Positions 21,484 to 35,689 of a DNA stretch of 64,000 bases are shown in pieces (positions within the stretch are counted from its first letter, which is position 1; each line of letters opens with the position of its first letter). Under the pieces are notes generated by a model. It did not search any database and was not told the origin of the DNA. It saw only the letters and a list, made by a program, of their open reading frames with translations. Position numbers and translations under genes: made by a program. The stretch is from Geosiphon pyriformis uo1 (taxonomy: Eukaryota; Fungi; Glomeromycota), in contig JAAOMT010000046.1 of the NCBI GenBank assembly GCA_016748015.1, positions 62,001-126,000 of the forward strand, read 5' to 3'.

Positions 21484-24314
21484 CAGTTAAATCTGAGATA
21501 ATCTATATTTTTAGTAGATACAAATTGTTATAAGTTTTCTCAAGTTTAAATATATATAGTATACATATAATAAAAATAAATATAATATTATTAAAAAATA
21601 AATTTATTTGTATATTCTTATAAGAATCTTTAAATAGTTCATGCAATATTAAAAAAACTTATAACAGTTATTTGTTTTGTATTTTCTTATAAAGTATATA
21701 TTTAACATGGGCAAGTTTATTAACTATATCATAAAATTTTTTGTTATTTTTAAGCTTCATAAACTGTTCAAAATTTGTAATAATAGTTAATGCATTTTTA
21801 ATACTTATTACTTTTTGTATCTTTTGTTTGTTATTAGAGCTATTATGCTTTATTTTATGATTTGTTATAATATAATTTGTAATTTTATTATTATTCAAAT
21901 GTTTTAAAGTAATTGTATTGTTTTCTTTAAATAAATTTACCAACTTTTTAATTAATAAGTATGTAAAATTTGGCTATATGTAATTAAACTCTTTGTAGCA
22001 ATCCTTAATTTTTTTAATACTATCTTTTGATTATAATTAACTATTATTTCCAAGTTTGTAATTTTATTTTGAAAGTTGTCATTTGTATTAATTAGAAAAA
22101 TACCAACTTTGTCCCAACAATAAATAATTATTTCATTTGAAATATTTTTTCATGTTCTATTAATTAGACATATTACTTAAAGTTAGTTGATTGCATAAAT
22201 ATTATTAATACCATTATTAAAAAGATCTAATGCATGATAAAAAAATGGTAACAATAATGTGTTTTAAAACAATGAATAATTTTATTATCTATAGACTAAA
22301 TATGTGTTGTCAAGTTAAATAAAAACTATTTTACATGAATATTTGTAATAAATATTATATCATAATTGTAATCAGCAAAATTGTTTACTAATAACAATAT
22401 GTTTTGGTTTTTTTTATGCAGCTAATAGTTTCAATTAACAAATTACTATCAAAAAATATTACCAATTATCTAAGCATAAGTGTTTAAATAATATTGAAAA
22501 CCAGGTTGCTTTTCTGTTTTTTTTTGAAAACAGCATAGACATTTAGCATAACTAATAATAAGTAATAACAAATACTTAATTCAATTAACATTAGTTGTAA
22601 AGATAAGTATTAGTCACATTTTTAATTGTTTAATATCATGATATAGTATTGTAACAAGACTTCAATTTGGTAATATAACATAAAATAATATAGTTTTATT
22701 CATATTGAAAATATTACATAATTCCTAATTAGCAAAAAATGTTATTATGTACACTTATTTATTTTTAATATGCTCAATATTAGTTGATGATACATTATCA
22801 TGAAAGTGAAGTAAATGCAATCTAACACAGTTTTTAAAGCTTTTAAGCCAGCATTGGATAATTTTTGGTGCTTATTTTTTGAAATATCTAATTAATTATA
22901 AAACTTTATGCCAATAGCTCAAATTATATTTCTAGTAAGTATTATTCTACATGATTCTGTCTCTTAAACAAAAATAATAAGTGCTTTATTAAAGTTAGAA
23001 TTATATACGATACATATATGCTTGCTAGTCAAGTTATATATTATATTTGCTTATAAACAAAAATTTGGTTTATTTTTGATTCAAGCCAAAATTAAAGACT
23101 GTTTCATATATGGAAAACCGTTTTATTAAAGTGCCTTGCAGTTTTTAATTGGTTTTTATTATTTGCATAATACCAATCAAGCACTATAAACTTATTATAA
23201 AGTGTAATATTTTTACAACTTTGTAAAATGCAAACTAAAAAGATAATATGCTTTTTGCTATTAAATATAATAGAATCAAAAGACAAAAAAAAAGTACAAT
23301 TAAGATAAAACTAATCCAAAAATTCGACTTAATTACTTAAACAATTGATAATAATTAAAACTTAAAACAACTCAAAACTCTGATTTAATTACTCATACAA
23401 TTAATAATAATTTAAAACTTAAGACAATTCGAAATTTCGACTTAATTACTTATACAATTGATAATAATTTAGAACTTAGAACAATTTAAAATTTTGACTT
23501 AATTATTCACAAAGTTAGTAATAATTTAAAACTTAGAACAATTCAACACTTTGACTTAATTACTCATATAATTGATGATAATTTAGAATTTAGAACAATT
23601 TAAAACTCTAACTTAATTATTCACAAGATTAGTAATAATTTAAAGCTTGAAACAATTCAAAATTCCAACTTGATTACTTATATAATTAATAATAATTTAG
23701 TACTTGGGACAATTTAAAATTCTGACTTGATTATTTATATAATTAATAATAATTTAGAACTTAGAACAATTTGAAATTTCGACTTAATTAGTTATAAGAT
23801 TAGTAATAATTTAAAACTTGAAACAATTTGAAACTCTGACTTAATTACTTATACAATTAATAATAATTTAAAACTTGTAACAATTTGAAATTTCGACTTA
23901 ATTATTTATAAGATTAGTAATAATTTAAAACTTAAAACAATTCAAAACTCTAACTTGATTACTTATACAATTAATAATAATTTAAAACTTGAAACAATTC
24001 AAAACTCTGACTTAATTACTTATATAATTAATAATTATTTTGTTAAATAAATAATGTTATATTATAATATAGTATTTTTAGTCATAGAAATATTGGTTTG
24101 CTTTATTGCAATTTTACCAGAATTAGCAAAATTTAAATTAAATTTAGCACCTAAGATAACTCATACTAATAGTAAAAAGTTATGGATTATTAGATATTAC
24201 AAGTATAAGTTATAAATATAAGAATTTTTTAACTACTAAATTAATAGATTCAAAATATTATGGCTTATTACAAGTTATAAGTTATCTTACTATAAGTTAT
24301 TTTAGGTTTAACTA
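21484..24314 (-). mobile_element. Degenerate pogo/Tigger-like (Tc1-mariner, DDE_1) DNA transposon
   Basis: TIR CAGTTAAATCTGAGATAA at 21484 with a decayed inverted copy ending at 24314; TA TSD on both sides; host LTR resumes at 24317. Minus-strand remnants of the CENP-B HTH 'LSN(G)WLKSFK' (~22830-22865) and DDE 'LLVNNFA' (~22375-22395). Confidence 0.75.
23318..24040. repeat. 57-bp minisatellite, ~13 units, inside the 5' part of the pogo-like element
   Basis: Equivalent positions at 23381, 23438, 23495, 23552, 23609, 23666, 23723, 23780, 23837, 23894, 23951 and 24008 (exact 57-bp period). Confidence 0.95.
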
Positions 24315-26559
24315 TACTTAAAAGAATTTGAAAAAAGTAAATAAATAAATTAGAAAGAATTGGATATTTAAAAATAATTTTTATTATTTTAATTTATATA
24401 TGTTTTATATATTAAAACATGTCTTTCTAAACTAAAAAATACATTGTTTATATAATTATTTAAAGTAATTAATGACCAAATTAGTAACTAAGTCAATAAT
24501 TAAGTCAATAATTAAATTATTAATTAAATTATTAATTATTTTCTAAAAATAAAGTAACTAATATATGTAATAATTAATAAAAACTATGGTTTTTAACTAT
24601 AATATTATTTTTTTCAAAAAGATTAAACTTTGGTAAAATTAAATTATTTGTGAAGTATTCTAATTAAAAAATTTTGTCTAACTCAAAATAAATTAGTTTG
24701 GTGAAATTTTTTGTTAATAAAATATACAAAATTTGAGACAAAATAAACTTTGTATTTAAGAAACTAAATTTTTGTATAAAAGTTTTGGCTTTTTTAACAA
24801 TAATTAAAACTCTTAAAATATTTAACTGTATAATATCCAAAATTTTTATTTGTATCTTTTTTTTAAGAACTTTATGTTTTTTATAATTTTACTAAAATAA
24901 TCATAAAGCTCTAATTGTTTTTTATATAACAAGTTTTTGTCTATAAACAAAAATTTTTTTAATTATTTTTATAAGTGTATAAAAAAATAATAATATGATT
25001 GAAGTTATGTATTCAAACATATATTTATCTATTTTGTTATTAGTTTTTTTCTTTTAATAGTGGTTTTTTTTGGTTTAATAATAGTATATATTTTATTATT
25101 ATTAGTTATAATAGTCTGTTTTTTAATAATTAAAGTAATATTTAAATAATTTTTGATTAAATACTTATGAAAAATATAAAAAGTATTTTGAATATTTTAA
25201 TCCAAAAAATAATTATTTATGTTAGTTGAAAATATTTTTGTTTTGAAAATAGTGTATTTATTTATAACTAATTTTTATTGATTATTTAGGTCAGTACAGT
25301 AAACTTTCTCTATAGTCTTTCTGGTTATAGTCACTATCTTCTTATAATCACATTTTTTTAAAAACCAAAACTATTTATATATAATATTATTTCCTTATAG
25401 TCACTTTTACTATATATATCTTCTTATAGTCCCTATCTCCACAAATATGATAGCAAAATATAAGTAATTTCTACTCTCTATAGTCACACTATAATTATAT
25501 GATATTAGATATAAACATCAGATGTCATCTTATATTTAATCAGACATGTACAGTCAAGGAGATTTCCTAATTTGTCAATGGAAATCAATTTTTTTATGGT
25601 AGTAAAAAAAATTAGAGAAGTTTTTGGAAACAATTATAGAACACTAAACAAAATTTCTGAAATATTACAACATTCAATTACTTTTCTTCTTTATAAGCCA
25701 CCACCACCATCAAAAAACAATGATAGAACTATTATATCTGGTTTGTTGTTTGCAAATATTATGAGAGTTTTAATAATAGTTGACATATGATACAGTATTG
25801 CTGCTCTTGGTGCTTTGAAGACTAGTAGTGCTTTAGAGACTGGTAGTGCTTTGGAAGCTGTTGCTGTGGATATCAATAAAGTTACTCTGGATCAAACTTT
25901 GGCTAATAAGATTACTTTTTTTTCGTATTGGAAGAAGAAATTAACAGACTTACAAATGAGAATAATGGCCCAATGAGATTTTCTGAGAACAAGTTTATTA
26001 ATGAAACATTGCTCAAGCAAATTAACTGAGAACAAAGTTTGAATTTATTTTTCCTTAAGAAAAGAAATGTGACCAGTAATAAAACTTAGAACATGAGAAT
26101 TCCAATATATACCCAATAAATACATTTTCACACCAACTTTGGCATCCACAATTAAAAAAAGGCTCTATACTAACAATCATATTCATTATTCAACCAATAT
26201 TTAGTATTAGTGAGCAAAAGTTTGACTGATAGTTTTAAAGATATATTAAAAATCAACTTTTTTGGAACAAATAAATCCATGTTGAATGCTTTTCATAATC
26301 CAAACATAATTACACAGAATGGAGATCTAGACTCAATATATTATGTTTTAAAAATGCCAATTATAAATGATAATGCACCCAACCCAATGTAAACAAAACT
26401 GTACACAATACAATATATTTCTAACTTCTTAAAAGATATTTATTAGGCTGTCACATGATTAACTTAATAAGCTTTGAAAACATGATCACTTAAAAGAGGT
26501 ATTAGAAAATTAATAATAGATAATAGTTGTGATTTTATTAACATATTTATATTTTTTGA

Positions 26560-27350
26560 TGATCTGCTTCTTCATTTGTTACTGGAATTGGTTTTCAAGT
26601 ACCTAACAATGTTTTTTTAATTTGTTTTGCTTTAAGAAAGTCTATTCTTTTCATCTGTGCAATTTCACTGAATTTTTTCATTTCTTTGTTTAATATCCAT
26701 TCATGGCTAATATTACAAAAAACATGATTAAAGACATTTGGATTTACAAACTGTGTTTTTCTTATCTGAACTCAAAATTGATTTAATTCAGCAATAAAGC
26801 TAGGATGTATATGAGACCTATATATTTCACTTTTAGAATATTCAATAACATTAAAAAATTTAGTATGCAATCTTTTAAATTTGATACAATTACGCATTAC
26901 AATTTCCCAATGTTGTTGTAAAAGTGTAGAAAAAATCAATGATTTGAGTGTTTTGTTAATTTCTTCAAGTATCACATCATGGCCTTAATGTTGATTTAAA
27001 AGTTTAGATCAAGAAATTACAATTTTTTCTTGAATCAGCTTGCAAACTTCAGGCTTCAATTGTAGCTATTGTTTTTCATCAGCAAATTCAATTAATTGGT
27101 AAATAGGATGGCACTGAGCAGACCAAATTGGTACAAACATTCGTTTAGCCATGAGTCTTAATGAAGACCTATTGAAACAAATTCCAGTGTGAAAGTTAAT
27201 AATTGCTTGTAAATAAAAAAAGACTTGTTTATACTTTAACCTAAACATGGAATCTGTTTCATTTTAGACCTATTCTAAATAACTTTTAACAAATGGATTT
27301 TCCTTAGAAACAATATATGGACACATTAATTCGGAAGCCATTGCATGTTT
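26560..27350 (-). pseudogene. Fragment of an uncharacterised, possibly transposase-like gene carried inside the pogo element
   Basis: Coding-like frame with stops: 'LRLMAKRMFVPIWSAQCHPIYQLIEFADEKQ*LQLKPEVCKLIQEKIVIS*SKLLNQH*GHDVILEEINK'. Confidence 0.5.
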
Positions 27351-27658
27351 ATATTACATATCAAATTCTACAACTTATAATAATCAGAACATTTTTTAAA
27401 AAACTGCAGTTGACTTTCACTCCGATATCTCTGATATTGTGCAAAGTATTTTATATCAATATTTCAATTGATATAGGCATTGCTGTGTTTGGGGGGCTTA
27501 ACAATATGATATTGTGCTATTTTCTATGCAATTATGCAAGTATGCAAAGGATCAAATTGACAGTTTTTATTATTGATCATCAGTTGGGGATAAGAAACAA
27601 AAAGTGTCACAGATGTATTATAAAAGCAAAATACAATAAAAAGTGTGTTCTTATTAAC

Positions 27659-29185
27659 ATGCCAAAAAACGCAAACCAAAAGTGAGCAGCAATTTTTTTG
27701 GAGACTAAAAAGGCTTTCTGCCAGTACAAACTAGAGCATCTTGATTATTCAGCAAATAGACTTATCAAAATATTTAATTTAAAGATTGACCACTTCACTG
27801 TAACAAAAATACTCATGAAATCAGACCAATGGATTAAAAAAAATATATCTGACAACTCTGGTCAATTGACAAAAGACAGGAAAGAGATGTTTCTAAAGAT
27901 AAATGATGTACTGGGAAAATAAATACTTGGAACACTAACTACCAACTGCATTCTTACTAGAAAAATTTTACAAACAAAAGCTCTCAAGTTTGCTGAAAAG
28001 TTTTTGGAAGAAAATAACTTTAAAGCATCAGATGGTTGGTTAGAAAAGTTCAAAAAACATCATAATTTGCACTATATTAAGATGTATGGCAAAGCAAACA
28101 ATGTTCTCTTGGAAATTTTACCAGAGGAACGAGAGAAACTGCATGAGATAATCAGTGAATATGATCTAAATAATGTTTATAATGTTGATGAGACAGCATT
28201 ATTCTTTAAAATGCCACCAAATGCAACTTTGGCAACAAGATCTACCTCTGGCACCAAGCATAATAAGAGTCAAATTACCATACTTCTTGCTTGTAATGCA
28301 ACAAGCAGCATCAAGTTACAGCCTTTAATTATTGGCAAAGCCATAAAGCCATAATGTTTTTGCAATATTAATATAAATACACTTCTAATCACTTATTATT
28401 ACAATACAAAAGCATGAATATGAACCGATATTTTTAGTAAATGGCTTAATTTATTAAATGAAAAAATGTGTCACAAGAAAAAAAAGATTTTGCTATTGCT
28501 TAATAATACTAGTCCCCATAGTAAAAAACCTTCCATATTATCTAATATTATGATTAGATACCTACTATCTAATACAACATCCCATTTGCAACCATTAGAT
28601 GCAGGAATTATTACATCTTTTAAGACACAATACCGAAAGTTGTTTCTTTTCCATCTTATTAATTAGTATGATGACAAAATTTTAATATCAACAGTAATAT
28701 TAAAGGATGTGATTGACTTTCTAATTGATGTATGGTCAGCAGTAATAACAACTACAATTCAAAACTGTTGGTGTCATATGGGAATTCTGAATAATAGTCA
28801 AATGTCAGTCTATCCATTAGATATTAAACAAGAACTTCTACAAAAAATACAAGTTCTTATTAAACATATTAATATTGACAAGTTTGAATCATTATTTACT
28901 TATGTCTTAGAAAATGAAATTGTAGATCTTATTAACAACAAGTATAGTAGAAATTCTAATGCAAATAAAGATTTAGAAAATAAAGATAAAGATAAACCTT
29001 TGTCTTTGCTATCTACACATTAAGATAAAACTGTACTTGAAGATATATTGTGCTATTGTGAAGAGCAGTATAGTAAAAAAGTTGATTCAGACTTTTTTAA
29101 AACTTTGAGAACATTAATTTATAATACTGTTCTCAAAGTTCAAGAAGAAAAAAAACAGTTGCAAATAGATAACTTTTTTAAATAA
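27659..29185 (+). pseudogene. pogo/CENP-B-family transposase (HTH + DDE_1), disrupted
   Basis: 'FKASDGWLEKFKKHH', 'VYNVDETALF', 'LLLLNNTSPH', 'TTSHLQPLDAGII'; C-terminal PIP-box-like 'KQLQIDNFFK*'. Confidence 0.92.
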
Positions 29186-32100
29186 AATATATATAATTGG
29201 TTATTATATTATGCATGTGATATATAGATTATGTAATAAGATATTAATCATTTTTTATAGTCTCATCTCTCTATAGTCACCACAAATGTGTTAACCAAAA
29301 GGTGTAATTATAAAAAAAGTTTACTGTATTATTATAACAGATACTTAATTAGGTCATTTATAATATTTTTTGAATCATATATTATGTATAAATTAATTAT
29401 TAAAGATTGTTTTATATTGATTTTATAAAATATAAAACCTATTATTTAAAACTTTGTTAACTATAAAAAGTTTTTTCTATTAACTAAAAAACTTATCTTT
29501 ATAAATATTGTTTTTGTTTAAGTAATATTTCAGAACTAGGTAATCAATACTTAAAAAAAGTGTTTTTTATATTTTTTTTTCTTAAGTTTTTCTTAAAACT
29601 ATTTTATTTTCTTAAAAACAATTATTTGTGTTTTTATTAGTAAATCAAAAATTGTATCAAGTTTTTTTTACAAGATATTTTTGTACTTTTTTATTGTAAT
29701 TTTTTCAAAGAATATTGTTTTAATATTAGTTTTTATTGGTAAAATTTCCATTTTTCTATAAAAAAAATAAAAAAGCTTATAAGTTATTATGTTATAATTT
29801 ACAGTTTTATAAGTAAACAAAGTTAAAAATAGTATTTTGTTTTATAAATTTGTTTTTTTAATAGTTTTAATTAAGATTTTACATAATGTTTTATTAAAAC
29901 GTTTTACTAAGTTATTTGTTTAAAAATAATAAGAAAATAAAAGTTTGTAACATATTTCTAGTTTTTTACAAAGTTCTTTAATTAAAGTATTAAGAAAAAC
30001 TTTTTTTTTATCAAATTAAAGTTTTTAAAAATATTTATGGCAATATATAATATCTTTATAAATAAAATTAGCAATAAAAATTGCTGTTTAATCAAATGTA
30101 ACTTTTGTTTCTACTTATTTTATAAAATAGTTAATAGCTATTATAATGTATTAGTTGTTATTAAAAATTATTGTTAAAGATCTAATAATATTTATGCCAA
30201 TTTTATTAAATAGTTAATTAACAAAATTGGATAAATGTCTTTTTTTCTATTGGGTGAGGTTTTTTTTTTGACAAATATTATAGGTTTTGATATATTTAGC
30301 AATGTTTTTTTTAAAATAGGCCAATAATAATAAGCTAATATTTTTAAATTGTTTTTGTTTTTCTAAAGTATTTAGTTAATAGATTAGTATATATGTTGTA
30401 AATTATAATTTTTTTTTCAAATTTTATAACTTTCTGAGAACAGTTAAAATTTTTTTAATTTTTTTTATATAATTGGTTTTGGTAAATCAAATTAAAATTT
30501 AATTGTTTTTACAAATGTTTTTTTTGCTGTTAAGTATAATTTGATGGATATTGTTCTTTATTCAAAAATTTTATTAAGACAGAATAATTATTTAAGTTTA
30601 TTATTATGTTTTGTTTAAACAGTTATACTAATAATTAAGATAGAATAATTGTATTATTAAATAATAATAAATTTGAAACATTAATGTTTTAATGATTAAC
30701 TTTTTTGTGATATTATATATTATAGTTAAATTTATTTAATTAGAGTATTTAACAAGTTAATTATTTATATTTCAGTTTTTTTTATTGTATAGCCAAACCA
30801 AAACTTAATAATTTGTTATAACAGAAAATTTAATACCAAAAAATATTTATTTCAATAATTGGTAGTTTAAATTACTGTTAAACATTTTTGTTTAATAATT
30901 AAATAGTTTTTTTCTGTTGAAAAAAATGCTCTATTGGTATATATTATAATATATTTCTTGCTATTGTTATTTTTTTAGAAAAAAACAGTATTAATTATAA
31001 AGCCAAATATCTTAGTGTAAAAAATAAAAAATTAATTCAAATTAAATTGTTTAAAAATATATTTAATAATAAGTTTTTTTTAGAGTTTTAAAGGTTTTTT
31101 GTTAATATATACTCTAATAATAATTAATATTTTTTTGAATAGCTGATTTAAAAGCAAAATAATTTTGGAGAAATCTTTAACAAATTTTTAATAATAAGAA
31201 ACCAAACCAAAAAAAGAGTGTAATTTAAAAATATTTATTATTTGTTTAAGATTTTGAACTTTTTTTGTCTTAACAAAATCAAAAAAATTTTATTTTTTAT
31301 AATAAGATAATTAAAAAACTAAGTAAACTGTTATTCAAAAAAAAATTGATTAAATTGATTTTTAAGTCAGTATTTTTTAAAAGATCAAAAACTTTTTATA
31401 AATATTTAAAATGTTTATTCCAAATTTTTGAGTATATTATAATATTATCCAAGTTGACTAAAATAAAATTTTTGTTAATTAATTTAAATACTTTGTTTAT
31501 TAATTATTAAAAGATAAAAAAAACATAATTGTGTTTTATTGTTAATAATTGTATTTTTGAAAGTTTATTTTAAAATAACTTTTGTATTTTTCTTATTTTT
31601 TCTAAGAGTATTAGACTAATAAGTTTCTATTTTTGTAATAGATTTGGCAAAACATATATTTATTACAAAAAAAATATAATAATTTGTTGTATTAATATTA
31701 AACATAAAAATTATATTATTAATAATTGTATTTGGCTTTTTTGTTAGGTTTTCTGTTAAAATTCTCTGAAAAATATTATGATAAAACTAGCAAATTATTT
31801 TATTATTAATTATAATTTTTTTTTGTTGGCTTTAATATTGTTAAAAATTTATTATTATTAAAAAAAATAATATATATGAGTTTAATAATTTTTTTTATTT
31901 TTTTTATCACTTTTTTTATTTTTTTATTCTTTTGATTGCTCTTTTTTTTGTTTTTATTTTAATTTTGAAACTGTTATCTAATAATAACATTTAATTATAA
32001 TAAGTTTTTTATTATATTTAATAATTAATTTATAAAGCTTATAGTCAAATAAAGCTTTAACTTTTTTAAATTATTTATTATTAACAATAATAATATATTC

Positions 32101-35100
32101 TTTGGTTTTTGAAACTTTTATGTCAGTTTTAATACAGATGCTATTAATTTAAATAAAAACAGCTTTGGCTATACTAAGATTTTTTTATTATTATTATGTA
32201 TATTAATTATTTGTATTGAAAATTTATTAATTTTTTTGTTAATTGTTTTTAGAAAATATCTAATAATAATTTTAACAAATAATTTACTGCTTAAGATTAA
32301 TTCAATAAAATAACCTGTGTTTTATAAATGAAAAAGATAATATTGTTGTTGTTAATAAGTTTAACTTAATAAAAACACTTATTAATTTTAAATAACTTTT
32401 TTTTTAAGATCAAAAATTTGTGAAAATTTTTCTAAATTGTAAATAAGTTATTAGTTGGCCAAAGATAATATGTGCTGGAATTTTTATGAAATTTTTAACA
32501 ATAAAATAAAATTCAAATTTTTATACAATTTTTAGAAGTTTTAATTTTAAGAAATTTTTAAAAACTTTGACTTTTGAAAGTTTATTGTTATTAATAATAA
32601 ATATTAAAATTTTATTAAAACCTAACATAAATTTAATTTTGGTTTTTTTTTGTAAAAACAAAAATCAATAATTAGTTTATTTATATTATAATTATTATTA
32701 GTTAAATTAAAAAAATAAAAAGTTTTTTTTTAGTTGGCTTGTATTTTTACTTTTTAAAAATATGTTTACTAGATTAAAAACTAATAAATAATAACTTCTA
32801 TTAAAAAATTCTCTTTAAAAAAATTCAAGTTAGTAAAATTAGCTTTTTGATTAAAATTTTTGTTATTATTAAATTGATTATTTTAATTGTTATTATTTTT
32901 AAATATAAAAAAAAATTGTTGCAATTTCTTAAAAAATATTTAATTAATTTACAATTTTGCTGTCTTTAATAAGATAGTTGCTAAGACTAAGTAAATTAAA
33001 ACTCAAATCTGAATCTTTAAAGCTATTGGTTTTTTTATAGTTTAAGCTAATGATTCTAATAATTGGACAAAATTAGCTATAAGTTTATTAATGAGTTATT
33101 TATTTAAATTTTAAGTTAAATAGCAGTTATTTAAAAAGTTAAAACAAAAACAAAAACTAGAAGTGTAAATTTTAAATAAATTTTTTGATTGTTTTCAATC
33201 TTTTAAACAAGTTTAATAACTATGTTTATTGTAAAATTGTTTTTTAAAATCAAAAAAGACTAAAAAGTATATAATAAATTAATTTTTAATCTTTTTGTAA
33301 AAAGATAAATTTTTTGCTTTTTTGTTCAATTTTTTTTAATGTTTATTTATTTAATTAAAATTTTACTAGGCTTTTAAGTTTTTTTTTTAATTTTATATGT
33401 TATTTAGAGATTAAAATTGATGTTTTAAATATATTTTCAAATTAAATAATATAAAATATATATTTTTTTAGTTTGTATTAATATCTATTTTATAATTTCT
33501 TGTAGTATATTAATATTAATTTTTTGTAAAAACCATGTAATAAAAAAATTTTAAAGATAGTTGTTTACAATTTGAAATTTGTATTTAGTATTATATTAGT
33601 TACCTATATAATTTTTTTAAAATTATTTAACTATTTAATTAAATCTTATGTATTGTTTTTAAATAAAAATAATAAAATTTTGTTTTTTGTTCCAAGATAA
33701 TTTATATGTCTTAGAAAGCAACCAGAATTTTTGTTTGTATTAGGTCATTAGCTATTAGTTTAAAAGTGATTGTTTTTGTAAAAAATTTAATTTGCTTAAA
33801 AAAAGATTAAAAACAAGAGTGATTTAATAATTTTTTTCTTTTATTTTAAGAAAGTTTTTAACTAATTAATAGACAGCTATTCAAATATAAATTTGATAAT
33901 TTAAATATTCGAAATTAAATGATGGTTGTTTAAAAAATATAGAATATAAGAACTAATTAATATTGTTTTTTTTTTAAAAAAAAATTTTTAAAGTAAGCTT
34001 GGTTAAAAAAATATATAATATAAAAAATATAAGTTTTAGCTAAATATTTATTTAAAAACCAGTTTTAAAAGTTTTAGAATTGTTTAATAAATTGATTTTA
34101 AATAAAAAAGCAAATTAAACAAAAAAACAAAGGATTAAGTTCAATAAAATTTAGATTATTTTTATTATATGTTTTAAAATTTTTTTTTAATTATTATAAT
34201 AAGTATAAATAATTATTTATACAATAAAAAACAAAATAAATTTGACAACTTTACAGAAAACACTACTTTTATCTTACAAGTTAAAATAATAAGTTAACAA
34301 ATAGCAAAATAAAACAAAATTGTATTATAATAAAATAAATTAAAAAGAAATTTAACTTTAAAAAGTGAATTAAATTAATATAAATTTAATATATAAAATT
34401 AATTTCATAAATATCTTGGTTGCTATTTTTTTCAAAAATAATAAAAATATTTAAAAGTAAAAAAATAATTTATATTATTAATAAAAAATAACACTAATAT
34501 AATTTTAGGTTTTATATTAATATTTTTAAAATTTAATATTAAGTATTAATTATACTTTTCAGTAATATTTATTTAATAATTTTTAAAACTAATAGTTATA
34601 AATGAATACCAATAAGTAATTTTTTATTTATATATATTTAAATATTTAAGGAAATTAAAAAAAAAATAAGTAAATTAAAAAAAATTAAATATTTAAAAAT
34701 AATTTTATTACTTTAATTTGTATATGTTTTATATATTAGAATATACTTTTTTACAGTTAAAAAATACATTATTTATATAGCTATTTAAAATAATTAATAA
34801 CCAAATTAATAACTAAGTTAACAATTAGATTATTAATTAATTAATAATTAAGTTAAGAGTCAAATTAATAATATTATAAATAAATTTTCAAGTGGTTTTA
34901 TAACTTAATACATAAATTAGTTGTGGCTATAATCTAAAAAATTTGCTATAAAAGTTTTTTGTATAATAAATAAAGATTTAATGTAATTACAGTTAATAAT
35001 TAATATTGTTACAGGTTGGAGTAACAAGCTAACGGATAACAAAGGAGAACAGTATTGTAGGGTAATGAAAATAAATAAAGAAGGAATTACAATAAGAGAG

Positions 35101-35689
35101 CGAATTGAATAAGTAAGAATTCAATGTGCGTGATCAGTCTCATAAAAATCACAGTCGCTAATCTTTTCTTAAATCTAAAGGTAGAGGAATAGTCTGTGAT
35201 TGTCAACAAGATAACACCGCTATTATTATTCTATGCCTCAACTCAGTGATTCTTAGAATCAATAACAGGTATCGTTGTACTTTTCAATCGTTTCTTTATT
35301 CAATAAATTACAAAAGCAAGCCAATTGTTTTTCAGGCTAATTCTAACAAATACAAATCAAGAAGGGGAAAAAATAAGATATATAAATGCCAACAAGTAGA
35401 TACTTGAAGGTAAGAAAAGGGGAATAAGCGATTATGAGAGGAAGTAATTAATATTGTTTATTTCATTACTTTGATCATGTCTTTCTACAGCTAAGGGAAT
35501 CATCGCTTATATAGCTATCTAAAGTGGTCAATGACCAAGTCAACGATCAGATCAATGATCAAGTCAACAATCAGGTCAATGATCAGGTCAATGATCAGGT
35601 CAACAGTCAGATCATTAATCAGGTCAATGATCACTATCTAAAAATAGAGTGGCTAATTATATAACATCAGTGGCTAATACATGTGATAA

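Larger units (their letters stand above)
25297..29326 (+). mobile_element. pogo/Tigger-like DNA transposon (4.03 kb) with internal cargo
   Basis: TIR CAGTAAACTTTCTCTATAGTC and decayed inverted copy ending GTTTACTG at 29326. TA TSD at 25295-25296 and 29327-29328. Subterminal (C/T)TATAGTCAC repeats at both ends. Confidence 0.9.

Noticed and set aside
23318-24040. CRISPR-like array
   Set aside because: Units are contiguous tandem copies without unique spacers; no cas genes; eukaryotic context.
35120-35200. Functional intron-containing tRNA-Met gene in the LTR
   Set aside because: Only the anticodon arm and variable loop match. There is no acceptor stem, D-arm/A-box or GTTCRA T-loop/B-box, so it is reported as a tRNA-like motif rather than a tRNA.
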